A DNA stretch of 64,000 bases from Psilocybe cubensis (lineage: Eukaryota), in contig CM039008.1 in NCBI GenBank assembly GCA_017499595.2, positions 1,426,001 to 1,490,000 of the forward strand. The letters are read 5' to 3'. Every line of letters starts with the position of its first letter. Positions within the stretch are counted from its first letter, which is position 1. A program made the translations under genes and the position numbers. Shown in pieces: positions 1-11,844 of this stretch. Below the pieces are notes generated by a model. The model did no database searches. It saw only the letters and a program-made list of their open reading frames with translations, and was not told the DNA's origin.

Positions 1-744
1 AGAAGCTGCTAGTAGTTCTCACGGTTTTGAAAGGGGTTAAAGTCTAATGAGTTCTTGTCCTCTAGCAGCAAACTTAGGTTCGAACAATTATTAGATTTTC
101 AAAGCAATATATATTAGAAGATGGAGAGTATATGTTGGTATATAGGTATAAGATATAAAAATTATATGTGAAGATTCAAAAGAAGATTTAGAGGCGAATG
201 GATGATAAAAAGATGAATGCAAAGCAGAGATATGTGATGGTTTAAATTAAAGGAAATAAATTAGAAGATAATAAGATTAAGAGATTGAAGAAAATATATG
301 AAGATAGATGAAATAAATTGAGTTGATAATAAGTTATAAAGATGGAAGAAATATTTGAAAGAAATGGTAGTGTGCAGCAATGAAGCACGAAAATGGCAAA
401 GTAGCATGTAAATGCAAAAATTGTCCGATGAAGCATAAAAAGGAGAACGAAGAGAACAAGATAAAAGCAACAACAAAGAAATACGAGTAACATCGAAAAC
501 AAGAAATTGTTGAACAAAGAGCGAATAGCAAAAAAACAAACGAAGACAGCAAGAACAAAAGCAGAAGTAGCCCAGAGGCAATAGATCGTGGAAGCCAGGC
601 GAAAAGCCAACTAGCGAGCCAGAGCGGGTAGACTGTATGCGCATCGTAAAGGTAGTGTATAGTGATGTGTGATGGCATGTCAAAGGTGGCCGTCTATGAT
701 TGGCGAGAAGACTAATAGCCTGGCTCTTGATTGGTCGTAACGGT

Positions 745-1235
745 GCGGTCATGACGGTTGTGCAACCGTGAGGGTCGTAAAAGGTCGTCATGGTTGTGTA
801 ACCGTGGAGGTCGTAAAAGTCGTAAAAGTCGTAAAAGTCGTAAAAGGTCGTAAAAGGTCGTAACGGTTAAGAAACCATGAGGCTCGTAAAATGTCGTGAA
901 GGTCGTGACGGTGTTAAACCGTGGGGGTCGTAAAAGGTCGTAAAGGTCGTGACGGTTGTGTAACCGTGGAGGTTGTAAAAGGTCGTGAAGGTTGTAAAAC
1001 CTTGAAGGTCGTAAAAGGTTGTGACGGTCGTAAAACCGTGAAGGTCGTAAAAGGTCGTAAAAGATCATGACGGTTGTAAAACCGTGGAGGTCGTAAAGGT
1101 CGTGACGGTCATAAAACCGTGAAGGTCGTAAAAGGTCGTGACGGTTGTAAAACCGCGGAGGTCGTAAAAGGTCGTGACGGTCGTAAAAGGTCGTAAAAGG
1201 TCGTAAAAGATCGTAAAAGGTCGTGAAGGTTGTAA
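745..1235. repeat. Degenerate minisatellite built on GGTCGTAAAA / GGTCGTGACGGTTGTAAAACCGTG units
   Basis: Dozens of GGTCGT(A/G) cores at ~9-10 nt spacing, interspersed with AACCGTG; explains the repetitive ORF translations (TTFYD, RFYDRHD). Confidence 0.9.
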
Positions 1236-1391
1236 ATGCCGAGAAAGTTGATAGAGGTCTATCTCGAACATTGCAGAGAAGTTTGAGCCAGCGAATGTCT
1301 AGGGCTCCGGAGACGGACGGTAGCGTCCAGGTGTTCGGTCCAATGGCGTATGATGATGGCAGCGAGTAATTTGCAGCGGCAGATATAAAGG

Positions 1392-1457
1392 CAAGGCGAG
1401 GCTGGAGGTTGGCGCATCCGGAATCAAGGCGAGGCTGGAGGTTGGCGCATCCGGAAT
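1392..1457. repeat. Perfect 33-bp tandem duplication
   Basis: CAAGGCGAGGCTGGAGGTTGGCGCATCCGGAAT at 1392-1424 and 1425-1457. Confidence 0.9.
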
Positions 1458-2183
1458 GGGCAACTGGTCTTGAGGTATCCGGGCAATCATCCCGGCGCAA
1501 GAGTAGAAGGAAACAGCACTCGTCAGCACTGCGCCCCCTATCCCATGCGACCGGACACCGCAGCCACACCATGAAACCGAGAGCACTCGTCAGCGCTCCC
1601 AACTCCATATGCAGCTGCGATGTGGCTCAGAAATTGTCCCGTCAGACAACTCCTTCACCTGATGAAAGGAGGAACACAAGGAAGCCCGTCGGCTGTGTGT
1701 TCCCTAACCCGGATATTGTTGCCAGTGCTGGGCGGTATGGCCTGTGCCCAAGGTAGAGTATGCCTAAGAAGCCTCAGCTGAGAAATCTGAAGAAGTATGA
1801 TAAGAAAGGAGAGTAATTTTGAAGATAACTAGAACTCACCTGCTGAAAACTGCGAAACGTTGTTGACCAATGGTGCCAAGGAGCGAGAATTTTGCCAGTG
1901 AATTCCGAACGCGAGTCACTGAGCGGGCGAACGACTTCGAGGATGTCAAGAAGTCATCGGCCATGGAGAACGACGATAAATGGACATCGTCGAAATGTAT
2001 AGAAGACCTTAGAACTAAAGTTAGATATAGTAAACGAAATAAATGCGCATAAATCCTACCAAATATTAAGAGAAATAGTCATGACAAATGCACACGACAC
2101 TTCCATAAAGATGTATAAAGGACCTGTCAACAGCGACAATTGAGATGAGAGAGAGTAGACGAAAAGGGATGTGCAAAGCTTAC

Positions 2184-2812
2184 CATATATAATAGAGTAT
2201 AAATTTGATGCAGATTATTCGGATTTACGCCCATATATGAAGGGCGAAGATCCTGAGAAGAGTCAGAACAGATGTAGAGTAAAATGACGATGTGAAACTC
2301 ACCAGATATTACGACTATATTTGTCTAAAATTCGATACGGATTATTCGGATTTACGCCCATATATGAAGGGCGAAAATCCTAAGAAAAAGAGTCAGAACA
2401 GGTGTAGAGTACAATGACGGTGTAAAACTCACTAGACATTACGAGTATATTTGTCTAAAATTTGATAAAGATGCCCATATATGAAGGGCGAAAATCCTAA
2501 GAAAAAGAGTTAGAACAGGTGAGGCACAAGTTACAACGTGGAACTCACCAGATATTACGAGTATATTTGTCTAAATCTTGATGCAGATTATTCGGATTTA
2601 CGCCCATATATGAAGGGCGAAAATCCTGAGAAAAAGAGTTAGAACAGGTGTGAGATACAGTTACAGTGTGAAACTCACCAGATATTAAGAGGATATATGT
2701 CTAAATTTTGATATAGATTGTTGAACTTACACCCATATATGAAGGGCGAAAATCCTAAAAAAATAAAAGTCAGAAAGGTTGCAAGGTATAGTTACAGTGT
2801 GCGAAAACTCAC
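2184..2812 (-). repeat. Five ~120-135 bp tandem units, each a minus-strand exon plus canonical intron (probably spliced 3' UTR or lncRNA)
   Basis: Repeated core CCCATATATGAAGGGCGAA. Minus-strand introns 2253-2302, 2380-2432, 2497-2548, 2626-2678 and 2755-2812 each have a GTGAGT donor, CTRAC branch and YAG acceptor. Exons are 69, 77, 64, 77 and 76 nt. Confidence 0.75.
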
Positions 2813-3102
2813 CAGATATATGATGACCGTCACCAAGATGAACGGCATATTAAGGGAGACCAAAAAAGAAAAAGATACATATCAAGAAAAAATACAAAAT
2901 AAAAAGAGAAAATAGAGAGAAAAAAAGAAACAAGACACAATAAACAAGACAAAAATCGAGAAAGAAAAAAGAGACAAAAAGAGATACAAGAGACGAGAGA
3001 CGAGACAGAGACAGACAGAGACAGAGACGAGAAAAAAAGACGAGAGACAGAAACCAGAGTCGATACAAATCCAGAGATGAGAGAGAGAAAAAAAAAAAAA
3101 AA

Positions 3103-3138
<36 letters not shown>

Positions 3139-3184
3139 CCAGAATAATATGCAAATACCAGCGAAGATGCCAGCAGAATAGTGT

Positions 3185-6100
3185 TCATCGCTCATGCTCC
3201 GAGTCGTATGCATCGCGATTGTTCTTATGCAAGGGCAGTAACAAAGGTCGAATACCAGGTGCAGGTGTAGATCGCGACTCGTATAGCGTACCAAAGCGAC
3301 GGCGAGCAAGAGCTTCTCGTCGTGATGCCAGTACTGGAATTCGAGAAGGTGGGACTTTCCTGGTAGTGGAAAGCGGTGCATCCGTCTCGACGACAGGCGA
3401 AGCTGAAGCATTGCGAGGCTTATTGGTCGTAGAGTACGCCTCTTCCAAGTTCAGAATACTTCGCACGAGAACGCCAGGTTGTTCCCCAGTGCTGGTCGAT
3501 GTTCCCTCGCATTGGACCCGTTGACGAGTGCCACGAATATCGACCCGACGAGTAGGAACTCCCTTGGCATAAGGAAGCGAGGTTGGAACCACAGCAAGCT
3601 TGGGTGAAGAAGTCACAAGTTTGATAGGAGAACCGAGAACAGGTACCTCTTCAATGACATCAATGACTTCTTTGACTTCTTCCTTCACCTCCTCCTTTCG
3701 CAGGTCCCCAGCTTGTTGAACCTCGACCGGAGTAGTAGGAGAGGAAGAGTACTCCGAAGGAATAGAATCCACAAGAGGAGACAAGTCGCCATTCGAGGAT
3801 CCATCGACAACCTCGCCGGCTGTAGAAGAATCAACAACAGACGAATCAACAACTTCCGAGGTCTTCCCAACGGCAACACGACGAGTAAGATATTGTGTCT
3901 TGATGAAATTGCCGACTAGAAGCCATAAGACATCAGCAGCTGAAGTTGCGGAGCCATGGAAAGAAAGAGGAGAGAGAGAGAGAACCAGGGGTACTCACTG
4001 GTATCATCCTCCAGAAGAGGAATTGACCCGAAGGTGCAAACTTTGAAATCGGCGTCCTTGGAGAAAGATCCAAGGACGATGAGGTCATCTTCAAACGAAG
4101 CGACCTCGGAGACAGTGTTATCTATTGAAACGTCAACAAAGTAGTATGAAAGAAAGAGACATTACTCACTGTTATTTTCATCGAAAAGAATTGTTCCATA
4201 TGCAACAACTTTGGAGGTAACAGCCACTCGCACCTCAACAGAACAACGAACAGCTACCTCATTCTCAACTACAGCGGCAACCTCAGAGACGACATCTTCT
4301 ACATCACCAGGATGCGAAGATTCTATGGGTATAAAAGTCAACCAAAGGTAGACATCAGTGAGACAAAGATAAAAGACGTACCGTCTGAAGAAAAGTCGCG
4401 TTCCTTGTAGCTTTCGTCCTCGCTCGAGTCATCGCGGAGAAGGCTAAGGCCAACAAGTACTGCATCGAAAGAGGTATAAGCACGCTTGCGGGGTTCTTCG
4501 TCGACCTCGACGTCATCGACGACCTTGGACTGAACATCGACGACGACAGCTGACTCTTCGACGGCGACAGGCTCCTCGACGGCGACAGGCTCCTCGACGG
4601 CGACAGGCTCCTCGACGGCGACAGGCTCCTCGACGGCGACAGGCTCCTCGACGGCGACAGGCTCCTCGACGGCGACAGGCACCTCGACGGCGACAGGCTC
4701 CTCGACGGCGACAGGCTCCTCGACGACCACGACGGCAGGCTCCTCAACACCGACAGGTTCTTCGACCACAGCAGGCTTGACATCATCTTCAACCTCAACA
4801 CCCGTCGCAGCTTCACAAGCTGGGATATAATCGACGGGAAGCACAAATCGTGCGTGACGCCTCTTCCTCTGAGCAACGTTCACAGTGTCGACCTCGGCAA
4901 CCTCAAGGACGTTGGTGGCCACAGCAGCGTCCTTGCCGTTGTCGAGGTCGTCCACAGCAGCTGGCTCATTGTCGGGGGCGAAAACAATCGGTTGGACGAT
5001 GCGTGCATGGCGTCTGGATTTCTGAACGGTGTTGGCGGGAGCGACCTCGGCGACCTCGACGACATCGACAGCCTCGGGAGTGGTCGAGCTTTCAACAACG
5101 ACGGGCTTGACTGGCTCCTCGACCTTGACGACGGGGGCGGGGGCGACCTCGGCGGGAGCATCGACAGCCTTGGGTTGAGCGATGCGCGCCTGACGCCTAA
5201 ACTTCCTGTCGTAGGGGTAGGTGGGCACAGGTGGCAGAGGAATGTTCGGAGGAGAGCTAGCATCGTGCTCGACGAGGGGCTTGGGTGGTGGGCGCGGGGG
5301 GTAGACGAAGGGGTGCGCGATCCTCACTTCGCTCCTTGCGTTTGGGTCGAAAGTCGGGTCGATAGGCATAGGAGGCAAGGGGATCTTGGGACGAGTGCTA
5401 ACCTCCTTCTCGACGTCGGCAGCCTTGACTGCACCAGGCTTGTGGTCAGGGTTGATGGCGCCAGGGTACATGATACGCGCCTGGCGCTTGGCCTTGTTCT
5501 GCGCGTCGTTGGGAGGAGGACGATCTCCTTGCGTTTTGAGCTGATGAAGATAGGCCCGCTCGATGATGCTGAACTTGTCGACCGACCCATCCTGAATCTT
5601 GGGCTGAATGACGCGTGCAGTGCGGTTCCTGTTTCCGCCAGCGTTGGCGTTGGCGTTGTTCATCGCCTCTGGAACGACCCTCTCAGGGCGTTCCCTGGCC
5701 TCCTGGACGATGTCGACGGATCCATTGACCTCGCCCATAGCAGCTGGGGCCTGAACCTTGGGCTGAATGATCTGAGCCTGACGGTTCCTGCGCCCGGCGA
5801 CGTGGGCAGGGGCTGGCGCAGCGATGGGCACCGCAACCGATTGGGCGGGGAGCCCCTTGGGCTCGAAGATGAACTCGCCGGTGGTAGTGATCTCGTTCTT
5901 GTGCTTTTGGTCGTAGAAGCTTTCGTCCTCGCCGACGTTCTCAACCGCGTGGGCTCTTCCCGACGCGCAGGGAACGGTCTTCTTCAAGATACCGAGGACT
6001 AAAAAGAACGCGTCAGAACACGCTCGAACACGCTCAAGAGCCTTGGCGAGGATGAGATGAGATACATACAGACACGGCGGGCCTTGCCCTTCTTCTTCAT

Positions 6101-6202
6101 TGGCTTAGTCGCGTCGTTGGTAGAACCAACGGCGCCGGGCGAGATGCCCATAACCTCAGCGACGACATCGCCTTTGGTAGACTTGCGCTTGAAGAGCTTC
6201 AT
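3185..6202 (-). CDS. Large low-complexity, probably disordered Pro/Val/Glu-rich protein (multi-exon)
   Basis: ATG 6202 (MKLFKRKSTK), 549-aa open exon 4338-5987, short exons around 4000-4320 and terminal exon ending 3185. GT-AG introns link the parts. Contains EEPVAV repeats and a recurring RxARIxxP motif. Confidence 0.7.
4555..4770 (-). repeat. Coding 18-bp tandem repeat (EEPVAV)n
   Basis: CGACGGCGACAGGCTCCT repeated about 9-10 times, in frame within the 3185-6202 gene. Confidence 0.9.
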
Positions 6203-7049
6203 GATGTTCGTGATATTCGTAAAGAGGTATCGCAGAAAATAACAAGAGGGTATACAGTAGAGTCTTTCCTTCGGTGAGAGACTGAAGGGAAGGAAGGAAA
6301 GAGAGGAAGTAAAGAGAGGGTAGGATTATATACACCACGCCCGGGCGAGCTTGTATACGATCGATCGAGGGGGAACTAACATCCCCACACAAACACATAC
6401 GCGTCGCGTCCAACATGTTATGTCAGAGAAGACGAATATACCTGAGACAGTGTCAGAAGATCGAGAATAAGATCGAGTGGGGAACACACCTAGGTCCAGA
6501 GGACGGGCACCTTGAAATCTTGGAATTCATGAAGCGGGAGCAGCGAAAAACACAGAACAGCACAAACAACATCGCAAGAGTCGTCGTGTTTAGTTCATTG
6601 AACGATACCACGTCCAATGCAAAAAGCCAGCAGCAGTACCCAAGGAAAACGTAGCCCAGTTGTCCAGTAGCACGATAGTATTTTTGCAGGCATCCTAAAC
6701 GTCCAGTCGCATAGAAAGCAGAGAGCAACAAACGAAGATTCAACACAGTAAAGCTCAACCCTCGACCAAAGTATACAGATCTGCCTTTCCAAATCCCCGA
6801 TCTCGACACAGTCAAATCGAAGAACCAAATAGCAAGTGAAGCACTTGTTAGAACCAGACACCAGATCCAAAAGTCCAAAGTTGACGACCAAGAAGCAGCA
6901 CGAAAAACCCATCCATTTCGCCAGACAGACACCAATCCTTCAAAATCCAAAATCCAAAAGCAAAGAGTACAAGAGTGCATCAGCCAGAGACATCCAAGAA
7001 CAAAATTCAAAAGCAACATCAGAGTTCGAGTTCAAGTTACCATTCTCAT

Positions 7050-7747
7050 TAGGGACCTTCAGAATTGAAATACGACCCGACTAGTCGGTCGTATTTGGCC
7101 CTGTCCGATTACGCTTAGTAAGTCAAAGTTCAAGGTCCGCTTTGTGACTGATGTGACGGAATTGCGGCCCTCTTATCACTGGCTTCCACCATCTTCAATC
7201 CTCTCCCCATCGCCATTCCTATGGAGGCTTTTGTTTCATGCCTGTATATATTAGACTATTAAGATTTTGCTCTCCGTGAAGTACTGACCGTCTTTCTGGT
7301 CTCGTTTGCATGATCAAGGGCTAATGATGTGAAATATTTCACTCATCAGTGCCTGTAATTTAGATACTGCTGTAACAGCACCTCCAGAGGATATTTTCGC
7401 AACACATAGAAACACGTTTTGTTTGTTAATCATTGTTTAATTCTCTATCCACACAGGATATGCACCAAACATGTCAATACTGAAATGAGAGTATAAGAAG
7501 TAAGCATTGATTCGGTCTCATCAACCCCCATCTCTGTTTCCCCTTGCCATTTTTTCTTAGTATCGCTCAATGCCTATTCAACAATCTACGTAGATTAAAT
7601 ATTATCTACGCTGTCTACGTCATTGGGAGTGACATAGAAGTGACAGTCCAAGACAAGGCCAAGCACAGTCGGACTTCGAATCATCAAATCGGTGGCGTCG
7701 AAATACGACCGACTAGTCGGGTCGTATTTCAATTCTGAAGGTCCCTA
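7050..7747. mobile_element. MITE / non-autonomous DNA transposon (~0.7 kb) with perfect 47-bp terminal inverted repeats
   Basis: TAGGGACCTTCAGAATTGAAATACGACCCGACTAGTCGGTCGTATTT (7050-7096) has its exact reverse complement at 7701-7747. Flanks fit a TA or ATT target-site duplication. No transposase ORF inside. Confidence 0.8.
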
Positions 7748-8231
7748 TTCTCTACGAAGCAATTTCATTTCAACTTCGAACGTTCCTATTGGCTATCAAA
7801 AGCACGTGCCATACAGTATCCCAAATCGCGTCACGTCGCGTCTGGTAGTATCGTGGTGTAGACTTGTAGTATCGTACAGTCGTAGCCTCTCAGATCTCAA
7901 CACCAGCAGGCAAATCCCATCTCTACACCGCAAACAGTTCATCCTATAAACCTCACTCATCCTCCCTCCTACACCCTCACCCACCTTTCTCAACATCATC
8001 AAGAACCACAATCCATCCCTTGCCCATCCCAAGAATCAAGGACAAGCAAAACGACCAGACGGCACAACATCCCGAACCACACATAACACACACCCCCCCC
8101 CCCCCCCAAAAAAAAAAAAAAAAAAAAAAAAAACAAAAAAAGTGCACACCAAACCGGAAGACAAAAAAAAAGTTTTTGAGATAACAAAGAAAAAAAAAAC
8201 TATAAAAAACAAAAAACAAAAAACTATCATA

Positions 8232-8535
8232 ATGCATACAAGGTAAGTAGTAAGAAAAAAAAAGAGAGAAGGAACGGTCAGACAGACAGACATGTTCCTT
8301 CTCTCCCGCTATCTGGCTACCTAACAAAAGCTCGTATAGCGTTCAACAGCAACACACCTCCTCCTCTTCGTCCTCATGGGTACATGCGATAGATTTAAAC
8401 CACATACACCAATCAGAACTTTCCAACTCGAGGGCAAACCACATCCAACCTCTACCCCAAACCGAGCTCACATCGATCCATCCGCCCATCCCACCTCGTC
8501 AACACCATTCTTACAACAATATTTCCAGGAACTAA
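8232..8535 (+). CDS. Possible 68-aa spliced small ORF (or lncRNA), convergent with aconitase
   Basis: TATAAA near 7946, ATG 8232 with A at -3, intron 8243-8339 (GTAAGT..CTAAC..TAG). Spliced frame MHTSVQQQHTSSSSSSW...NISRN* is open to TAA 8533-8535. No recognisable homology. Confidence 0.3.
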
Positions 8536-8686
8536 TACATTTGAAAAAAGCATCCCGCTTCATCTGATCGTATTCGTCATATCTATATTTTTTTTGCCCG
8601 TCCTTTCACATCGAGGAAATTGGAATTCCACGAAGGAAAAAAAAGAACAAAGAAAAAAAAGCAGTAGAAATAAATCTACTCGGTTT

Positions 8687-11503
8687 TTAAGCAGAGCCAG
8701 CGGCCTTGGCCTTGGCAGCCATCTTTGAAAAAAAAAGGGTTAGAAACTGTATGTTGGATATGAGAATATGAATGTACCAAGTTGAGGGCAGAGCCAGCCT
8801 TGAACCACTCAATTTGACCCTCGTTGAAAGAGTGAGCAAGAGGGATCTCCTACAAAAGTGGTACATCCGACATCAGAAACCATAAAAAAGACAAGAAGAA
8901 AAAGAGACTCACGTCGACGGAGCCGTCAGCGTGCTTGGCGACAAGGGTCAAGTTCTTGCCAGGAGCAAAGGTCTCAACGCCAATGATGTCAACCTTGTCG
9001 GTGCCCTTAAGCTTGTCATAGTCCTCAGGGTTGGCAAAGGTCAAAGCGAGCATGCCTTGCTTCTTCAAGTTGGTCTCGTGGATACGGGCGAAAGAGCGGA
9101 CGATGATAGCAGCACCACCGAGGAAACGGGGCTCGAGGGCGGCATGCTCACGGGAAGAACCTTCACCATAGTTGTGGTCACCGATGACGACCCACTTGAT
9201 GCCAGCAGCGCGGTAGGCAGCAGCGACTTGTGGGACACCGCCCCAGGTTCCGTCAAGCTGGTTCTGAACCTTGTTGGCTTCACCGTTCTCGGAGTTGATA
9301 GCACCAATGAGGCAGTTCTCTGTAAAAAGTTGTTCAGAAAAATTTTTTTTAAAAGAAAGGTGTTTCAAAACGACGCACGAGAGATGTTCTCGAGGTGTCC
9401 ACGGTACTTCAACCAGGGTCCACCAGCGGAGATGTGGTCAGTAGCTAAACAAGATGATGATCAATAGGTTGCAACAAACTGGAGACGAGTTTGACACGTA
9501 CTGCACTTGCCAGCGACCTTGATCAAAACAGGGAGATCCTTGGGGTCCTTGCCATCCCATGGAGCGAAAGGCTTCAAGAGTTGGAGACGGTCGCTCTTGG
9601 GGTCAACCTTGACTTGGACGGAAGCGCGGTCCTGAGGAGGGGCCTGGAAGGTATCCTCACCAGGGTCGTAGCCGGAGGGAGGGAGAGCGAATCCAGAAGG
9701 AGGCGAGAACTTGAAAGGCTTGCCGGAAGGAGTGGGGAGAGTATCAGTGAGGGGGTTGAAGGAGAGGGATCCAGCAAAGGCAAGGGCGGTCACAATATCG
9801 GGGGAAGCGACAAAGGCGTGGGTGGCGGGGTTAGCGTCGTTACGTCCAGTGAAGTTGCGGTTGTAAGAGGTGACGACTAAAGCGTGAGACGTGAGTGAAT
9901 GATTTTGCGGAAAAAAAATAAATTTAGCGTACTAGTGTTGGCTTCGCCCTTCTTAACGTCCTGTCTGTCCCATTGTCCGATGCAAGGTCCGCAAGCGTTG
10001 GCAAGGACAACTCCTCCGGCGTTCTCGAAAGCCTCAATCTGTCCGTCACGGGCGATGGTAGCACGAACTTGCTCTGATCCGGGGGTAACGGTGAACTTGG
10101 ACTTGAGCTCGAGACCAGCATCCTTAGCCTCCTTGAAGAGAGCAGCAGAGCGCGACATGTCCTCGTAGGAAGAGTTGGTGCAGGAACCAATGAGGCCGAC
10201 CTTGATCTCATCGGGCCAGTTGTTCTTCTTGGCCTCAGCAGCGAGCTTGGAGATGGGGGTAGCGAGATCAGGGGTGAAAGGTCCGTTGATGTGGGGCTCG
10301 AGTTCCGAAAGGTTGATTTCGATGACCTGGTCGTATTCCGCGCCCTTGTCAGCCTTCAAGTTGTGAGCGAACTGTTGAGCGTAGGCGGCAATCTCAGGGC
10401 GCTTGGTAGCCTTGAGGTATTCAGCCATGCGTTCGTTGAAGGGGAAGAGGGAAGTCGTCGCGCCGATTTCAGCACCCATGTTGCAGATAGTAGCCATACC
10501 CGTGCAGCTGAGAGACTCGACACCAGAACCAGTGTACTCGACGATAGCGCCAGTTCCACCCTTGACGGTAAGAATGCCAGCAACCTTGAGAATAACGTCC
10601 TTGGGAGTAGTCCATCCGCCGATTTTGCCAGTAAGATTAACACCGATGACCTTGGGGCACTTGAGCTCCCAGGGAATGCCAGCCATGACGTCAACGGCAT
10701 CGGCACCTCCGACACCGCAAGCAATCATACCGAGACCTCCAGCGTTGGGGGTGTGAGAGTCCGTCCCAATCATAAGTCCACCGGGGAAGGCATAGTTCTC
10801 GAGGATAATCTGGTGAATGATACCAGAGCCGGGCTTCCAGAAGCCAAGGCCATACTTGGCGGTGGCGGTGGCCAAAAAGTCGTAGACCTCCTTGTTGATA
10901 GAGATAGCACGAGCGAGATCCTTGACGCCGCCGACTTGGGCCTCAATCAAGTGGTCGCAGTGAACGGTGGTGGGCACGGCAGCGGTGTCCATTCCAGCGG
11001 ACATGAATTGGAGCAGAGCCATCTAAAGGATTACGTCAGGACTGCGTCAAGATAAGAGACTTGAGGATGATACTTGCCTGAGCTGTTGCATCCTGGCAGG
11101 CAACTCGCTGCACGAAAAGTCAGAAAGGAGAAAATAAAAGGGTGTACAAAGAAGATACTTGCGTCAGGACGAAGCTTGAGGTAGCTGGTACCACGGACGA
11201 TATCCTGGTTTGCAGCGTCGTCAAGATGACCATAGAGAATCTTCTCGGAAAGGGTGAGAGGGCGATTGAGTCTTGAAGAGCCGTGAATACAGAGCAGTAT
11301 GCACAGAAAAGACGAGAGACGGACCTTTCCCGAACAATGACGAGGTTATCCTCAATGCGCTGGTAGTTGATGAAGGCGTTCTTTTCGAGGAGAGACATGG
11401 CGACTTTGGTGTCGCCGATGCGAGGGGCTGCTGTGGCCATGCCCTTGGCTACATGCCGCAGGGCACGGACTGCATCTGCAGTTTTGTTGGTGATGTTGAG
11501 CAT
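8687..11503 (-). CDS. ACO1: Mitochondrial aconitate hydratase
   Basis: Motifs [64 protein letters not shown]-terminal mitochondrial-type presequence; multi-exon. Confidence 0.97.
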
Positions 11504-11844
11504 CGCGCCAACGAGAACGTGGAGCGAGCAGGAGGAGGTTGTGGATAAGGAGCAAGTCGGAATGCAGAAATTTATGCAAAGCAACCACGTGAATTCAGCA
11601 AGAGGGCATGCGCTGGGATGGCCGGGGAGCCAATCAGAGCGCAGCTGTTAGATACCCGCCGCAAAGATGTTCCCGCTCTGCTGCCGCTCGTTAAGAGAAT
11701 CCCGGTCTCACTGGCACAAACAGTCAATCTTTATGACGGAGTCCCGTCGGGCGTCTAACCGACCCTGCAAATCCACCTCGTTCCTCCTCCTCTACTAGGC
11801 AGTCAATATACCAAAAGCGATTGGCCCACCCCGGGTTTTCATTT

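Noticed and set aside
712-1608. 298-aa minus-strand ORF and overlapping ORFs at 242-1756
   Set aside because: Open frames arise from the minisatellite and A-rich low complexity; non-ATG starts and no recognisable domain.
2184-2812. CRISPR-like repeat-spacer array
   Set aside because: Eukaryotic context; the intervening segments are homologous to each other and carry splice signals; no cas genes.
4854-6002. 382-aa plus-strand ORF, and similar antisense ORFs over aconitase (e.g. 10291-11055)
   Set aside because: Antisense shadows of GC3-biased coding exons on the minus strand.
11586-11634. CACGTG and CCAAT motifs upstream of aconitase
   Set aside because: Plausible bHLH and HAP-complex sites, but too short to support from sequence alone.
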